In this document: positions 61,250 to 64,000 of the stretch, in pieces
How the letters are laid out: the number at the start of each line of letters is the position of its first letter
How positions within the stretch are numbered: position 1 is the first letter of the stretch
Notes under the pieces: model-generated
The model's database searches: none
What the model was told of the DNA's origin: nothing
What the model saw: the letters and a program-made list of their open reading frames with translations, nothing else
Virus record (IMG/VR): IMGVR_UViG_3300031673_009915
DNA length: 64,000 nt
Strand: one strand, 5' to 3'
Source of the DNA: a virus
Program-made: the position numbers and the translations under genes

Positions 61250-61425
61250 ATAATTACACTCTGGAACAGATTAAGGAATATTATGAATATATTACAGGAT
61301 ATTAAAATGAAAAGAATAATAAAAAATAAAAAAGGTGAGATAATATTTGAAGGTGACGATCTGCGTAATGCAGACTTGCATGACGCAAATTGTAAAAGTG
61401 CAAATTTTCAAGAAGCAGATTGTAG
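61250..61425 (+). repeat. 176-nt perfect direct repeat, copy 1 (orphan PRP 3' stub + junction + 5' cap)
   Basis: Identical by eye to 61854-62029 (offset 604 nt). 61250-61306 encodes only the last ~17 codons (..NYTLEQIKEYYEYITGY) of a PRP gene, with no body upstream. Confidence 0.85.
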
Positions 61426-61909
61426 TTATGCAGATTTTTATAAAGCACATTGTGTAGATGCTAATTTTTATAAAGCATGTTGTTGGAGAACAAATTTTCA
61501 AGAAGCAAATTGTAAAGATGCAAATTTTAAAGAAGTGCTTTGTGCAAGTGCAAATTTTGAAAAAGCGGATTTACGTGGTGTGAATTTTAACAAAACAAAT
61601 TTACTTTATACAAATTTAAAAAATGCATATTGTTATGATGCTAATTTTGAGAAAGCAGATTTGCGTGGTGTAAATTTTCATAAAACAAATTTACTTTATG
61701 CAAATTTAAAAGATATAATAACAGATACACCAATTTTACAAATAAATGGAAGCCAAGATCAAGTAATAAAGTGGAAAAATCAAATTCAAATCGGCTGCAT
61801 AATTGAAGAAAAAGAATGGTGGCTTGAAAATTATAATGAAACAATGAAAGAACATAATTACACTCTGGAACAGATTAAGGAATATTATGAATATATTACA
61901 GGATATTAA
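61307..61909 (+). CDS. pentapeptide-repeat protein, paralog 6
   Basis: Start set at MKRIIKNKKGEIIFEGDDLRNADL. The ORF-track start at 61217 reads through the orphan stub. Canonical architecture. Confidence 0.9.
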   Translation: MKRIIKNKKGEIIFEGDDLRNADLHDANCKSANFQEADCSYADFYKAHCVDANFYKACCWRTNFQEANCKDANFKEVLCASANFEKADLRGVNFNKTNLLYTNLKNAYCYDANFEKADLRGVNFHKTNLLYANLKDIITDTPILQINGSQDQVIKWKNQIQIGCIIEEKEWWLENYNETMKEHNYTLEQIKEYYEYITGY

Positions 61910-61910
61910 A

Positions 61911-62573
61911 ATGAAAAGAATAATAAAAAATAAAAAAGGTGAGATAATATTTGAAGGTGACGATCTGCGTAATGCAGACTTGCATGACGCAAATTGTAAA
62001 AGTGCAAATTTTCAAGAAGCAGATTGTAGACATGCAAATTTTCAAAAAGCAAATTGTAGCTATGCTAATTTTCAAAAAGCAGATTGCAGGTATGCTGATT
62101 TTCAAAAAGCAAATTGTAGCTATGCTAATTTTAAGGAAGCAAATTGTAGCTATGCTAATTTTCAAAATGTAGCTTTCCCCTTTGCAGATTTTCAAAAAAC
62201 AGATTGCAGGCATGCAAATTTTAAAAATTCTAATTGTTTTGGTGCTTTTTTTGGAAAAGCAGATTTACAGGATGCAAATTTTAAAAAAGCACGTTGTAGG
62301 TATGCAGATTTTGAGAAAGCAGATTTGCATGGTGTGAATTTCCACAAAACAGATTTACTTCATGCAAATTTAAAAGATATAATAACAGATACACCAATTT
62401 TACAAATAAATGGAAGCCGAGATCAAGTGATAAAGTGGAAAAATCAAATTCAGATAGGATATGTTATTGAACAAAAAAATTGGTGGTTAGAAAATTATAA
62501 TGAAACAATGCAAGAACATAATTACACTCTGGAACAAATTAAAGAATATTATAAATATATTACAGGATATTAA
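61911..62573 (+). CDS. pentapeptide-repeat protein, paralog 7
   Basis: TAA-A-ATG junction. Canonical architecture. Confidence 0.9.
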   Translation: MKRIIKNKKGEIIFEGDDLRNADLHDANCKSANFQEADCRHANFQKANCSYANFQKADCRYADFQKANCSYANFKEANCSYANFQNVAFPFADFQKTDCRHANFKNSNCFGAFFGKADLQDANFKKARCRYADFEKADLHGVNFHKTDLLHANLKDIITDTPILQINGSRDQVIKWKNQIQIGYVIEQKNWWLENYNETMQEHNYTLEQIKEYYKYITGY

Positions 62574-62574
62574 A

Positions 62575-63357
62575 ATGAAAAGAGTAATAAAAAATAAAAA
62601 AGGTGCAATAATATTTGAAGGAAATAATTTGAGAGGTGCAGATTTACGTGATGCGGATTGTTGGCATGCAGATTTTCAAAGATTGGACTGCTGGAATGTA
62701 AATTTTCAAGAAGCAAATTGTATAGAGGCAAATTTTTATAAATCAAATTGTGGGTATGCAAATTTTGAAGAAACGAATTGTTGGAATGTAAATTTTCAAG
62801 AAGCAGATTTACATGATGCAGCTTTTGAAAAAGCATATTGTGAAGGTGTGAATTTTCAAAAAGCAATTTGTAGTAATGCAGATTTTTATAAAGCACATTG
62901 TGTAGATGCTAATTTTTATAAAGCAGATTGTTGGCGTGCAAATTTTCAAGAAGCAGATTTTCAAGAAGCAGATTTTTATAAAGCACATTGTGTAGATGCT
63001 AATTTTTATAAAGCAGATTGTTGGCGTGCTAATTTTGAAGAAGCAAATTGTAGGAATGTGAATTTTCAAGAAGCAAATTGTGAAGGTGCAAATTTTGAGA
63101 AAGCAGATTTGCGTGGTGTAAATTTTCACAAAACAGATTTACTTCATGCAAATTTAAAAGATATAATAATAGATACTCCAATTTTACAAATAAATGGAAG
63201 CCGAGATCAATTTATAAAATGGAAAGATCAAATTCAAATCGGCTGCATAATTGAACAAAAAGATTGGTGGTTGAAGAATTATAAAAAAACAATGAAAGAA
63301 TATAATTACACACCAGAGCAAATTAAAGAATATTATGAATATATTATAGGATATTAA
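62575..63357 (+). CDS. pentapeptide-repeat protein, paralog 8 (260 aa)
   Basis: TAA-A-ATG junction. Contains an internal 90-nt-period duplication at 62878-63033. Confidence 0.9.
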   Translation: MKRVIKNKKGAIIFEGNNLRGADLRDADCWHADFQRLDCWNVNFQEANCIEANFYKSNCGYANFEETNCWNVNFQEADLHDAAFEKAYCEGVNFQKAICSNADFYKAHCVDANFYKADCWRANFQEADFQEADFYKAHCVDANFYKADCWRANFEEANCRNVNFQEANCEGANFEKADLRGVNFHKTDLLHANLKDIIIDTPILQINGSRDQFIKWKDQIQIGCIIEQKDWWLKNYKKTMKEYNYTPEQIKEYYEYIIGY

Positions 63358-63358
63358 A

Positions 63359-64000
63359 ATGAAAAGAGTAATAAAAAATAAAAAAGGTGCGATAATATTT
63401 GAAGGAGATGATTTGCGTAATGCAGATTTTCAAAAAGCAAATTGTAGCTATGCTAATTTTCAAGAAGCAGATTGTTGGTGCGCGAGTTTTTATAAATCAG
63501 ATTGTAAAGATGCTAATTTTCAAGAAGCATATTGTTGGGGTGCAAATTTTGAAAAAGCAGATTTGCGTGGTGCTAATTTTAAGGAAGCATATTGTTGGAG
63601 TGCAAATTTTAAAGAAGCGATTTGTGCAAGTGCAAATTTTGAGAAAGCAGGTTGTAGTTATGCAGATTTTAAAGGATCAGATTGTAATGGGGCAAGTTTT
63701 AAAAAAGCAGGTTGTCGGAGAACAAATTTTGAGAAAGCGGGTTGTACAGAGGCTAATTTTCAAAATGCAGATTGTTGGCGTGCTAATTTTGAAGAAGCAA
63801 ATTGTAGGAATGTGAATTTTCAAGAAGCAAATTGTGAAGGTGCAAATTTTGAGAAAGCAGATTTGCGTGGTGTAAATTTTCATAAAACAAATTTACTTTA
63901 TGCAAATTTAAAAGGTATAATAACAGATACTCCAATTATACAAATAAATGGAAGCAAACATCACGTAATAAAATGGAAAGATCAAATTCAAATCGGCTGC
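63359..64000 (+). CDS. pentapeptide-repeat protein, paralog 9 (3' end outside window)
   Basis: ATG at 63359, 1 nt after the upstream TAA, with the frame open to the window edge. MKRVIKNKKGAIIFEGDDLRNADFQKANCSYANF.. and the C-domain start ..IQINGSKHHVIKWKDQIQIGC. It is not in the ORF track because no stop is reached. Confidence 0.85.
   Translation, partial: MKRVIKNKKGAIIFEGDDLRNADFQKANCSYANFQEADCWCASFYKSDCKDANFQEAYCWGANFEKADLRGANFKEAYCWSANFKEAICASANFEKAGCSYADFKGSDCNGASFKKAGCRRTNFEKAGCTEANFQNADCWRANFEEANCRNVNFQEANCEGANFEKADLRGVNFHKTNLLYANLKGIITDTPIIQINGSKHHVIKWKDQIQIGC

Noticed and set aside
61292-63883. Alternative-frame and antisense ORFs in the right PRP array (61292-61501, 61641-61844, 61896-62213, 61951-62172, 62570-62896, 62809-63129, 63399-63815, 63677-63883)
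   Set aside because: The same artefact applies. In particular, 63399-63815 is an off-frame reading of paralog 9, whose true frame starts at 63359 and stays open to the window edge.
1-64000. Integrase/excisionase, repressor, diversity-generating retroelement, retron or CRISPR-Cas components
   Set aside because: I scanned all ORF translations for tyrosine or serine recombinase, reverse transcriptase and Cas signatures and found none. The small HTH ORF at 39684-39923 alone is insufficient to infer lysogeny. The variability of the PRP genes is explained by recombination scars rather than by a DGR.

Overview
AT-rich (about 25-30% GC by eye), densely coding window that reads as most or all of the genome of a contractile-tailed dsDNA phage. 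It could be a free phage, a prophage or a phage-plasmid; I found no integrase. The genetic code is standard: TGA is used as a stop and ATGA start/stop overlaps are common. Layout: (i) 1-1903, three tandem pentapeptide-repeat (PRP) genes on the + strand. (ii) 1930-29499, one long minus-strand late region. In coordinate order it holds a lysis cassette, tail fibre, baseplate (J/W/V/D-like), tape measure, frameshifted chaperone, tube, sheath, neck proteins, major capsid and scaffold/protease. Next come an accessory block (STAS-domain protein, 796-aa FN3-containing protein), an opposite-strand HNH islet, a Mu-F-like head protein, portal, TerL and TerS. (iii) 29877-41488, minus-strand early and recombination genes: many small Cys-rich ORFs, an SGNH hydrolase, a split Rad50/SbcC flanking Mre11/SbcD, a RuvC-like resolvase, a RecA/UvsX-like recombinase and a gp32-like SSB. 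(iv) 41490-42846, two inverted PRP genes. (v) 42868-54367, replication genes (clamp loader, UDG-PolA fusion, clamp, DnaB-like helicase, initiator) interrupted by a complete preQ1/7-deazaguanine cluster (DpdA, QueF, QueC, PRTase-FolE, QueE, QueD). (vi) A tRNA(CAU) preceded by a structured non-coding leader. (vii) 55420-61242, plus-strand genes: SNF2 helicase, 7TM-SpoIIE/PP2C phosphatase, a duplicated primase Zn-ribbon and the primase. (viii) 61307 to the window end, four more PRP genes. Most notable observations: nine PRP paralogs (about 9% of the window) in three loci, with invariant caps, a variable Phe/Cys-alternating beta-helix core and clear recombination scars; a kinase-less STAS + PP2C partner-switching pair; a Rad50 homologue split at its zinc hook with the Mre11 gene between the halves; and a PRTase-GTP cyclohydrolase I fusion inside the deazaguanine cluster. 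All calls come from reading translations and motifs by eye. No database search was run, and coordinates of hand-found small ORFs, repeats and promoters may be off by a few nt.
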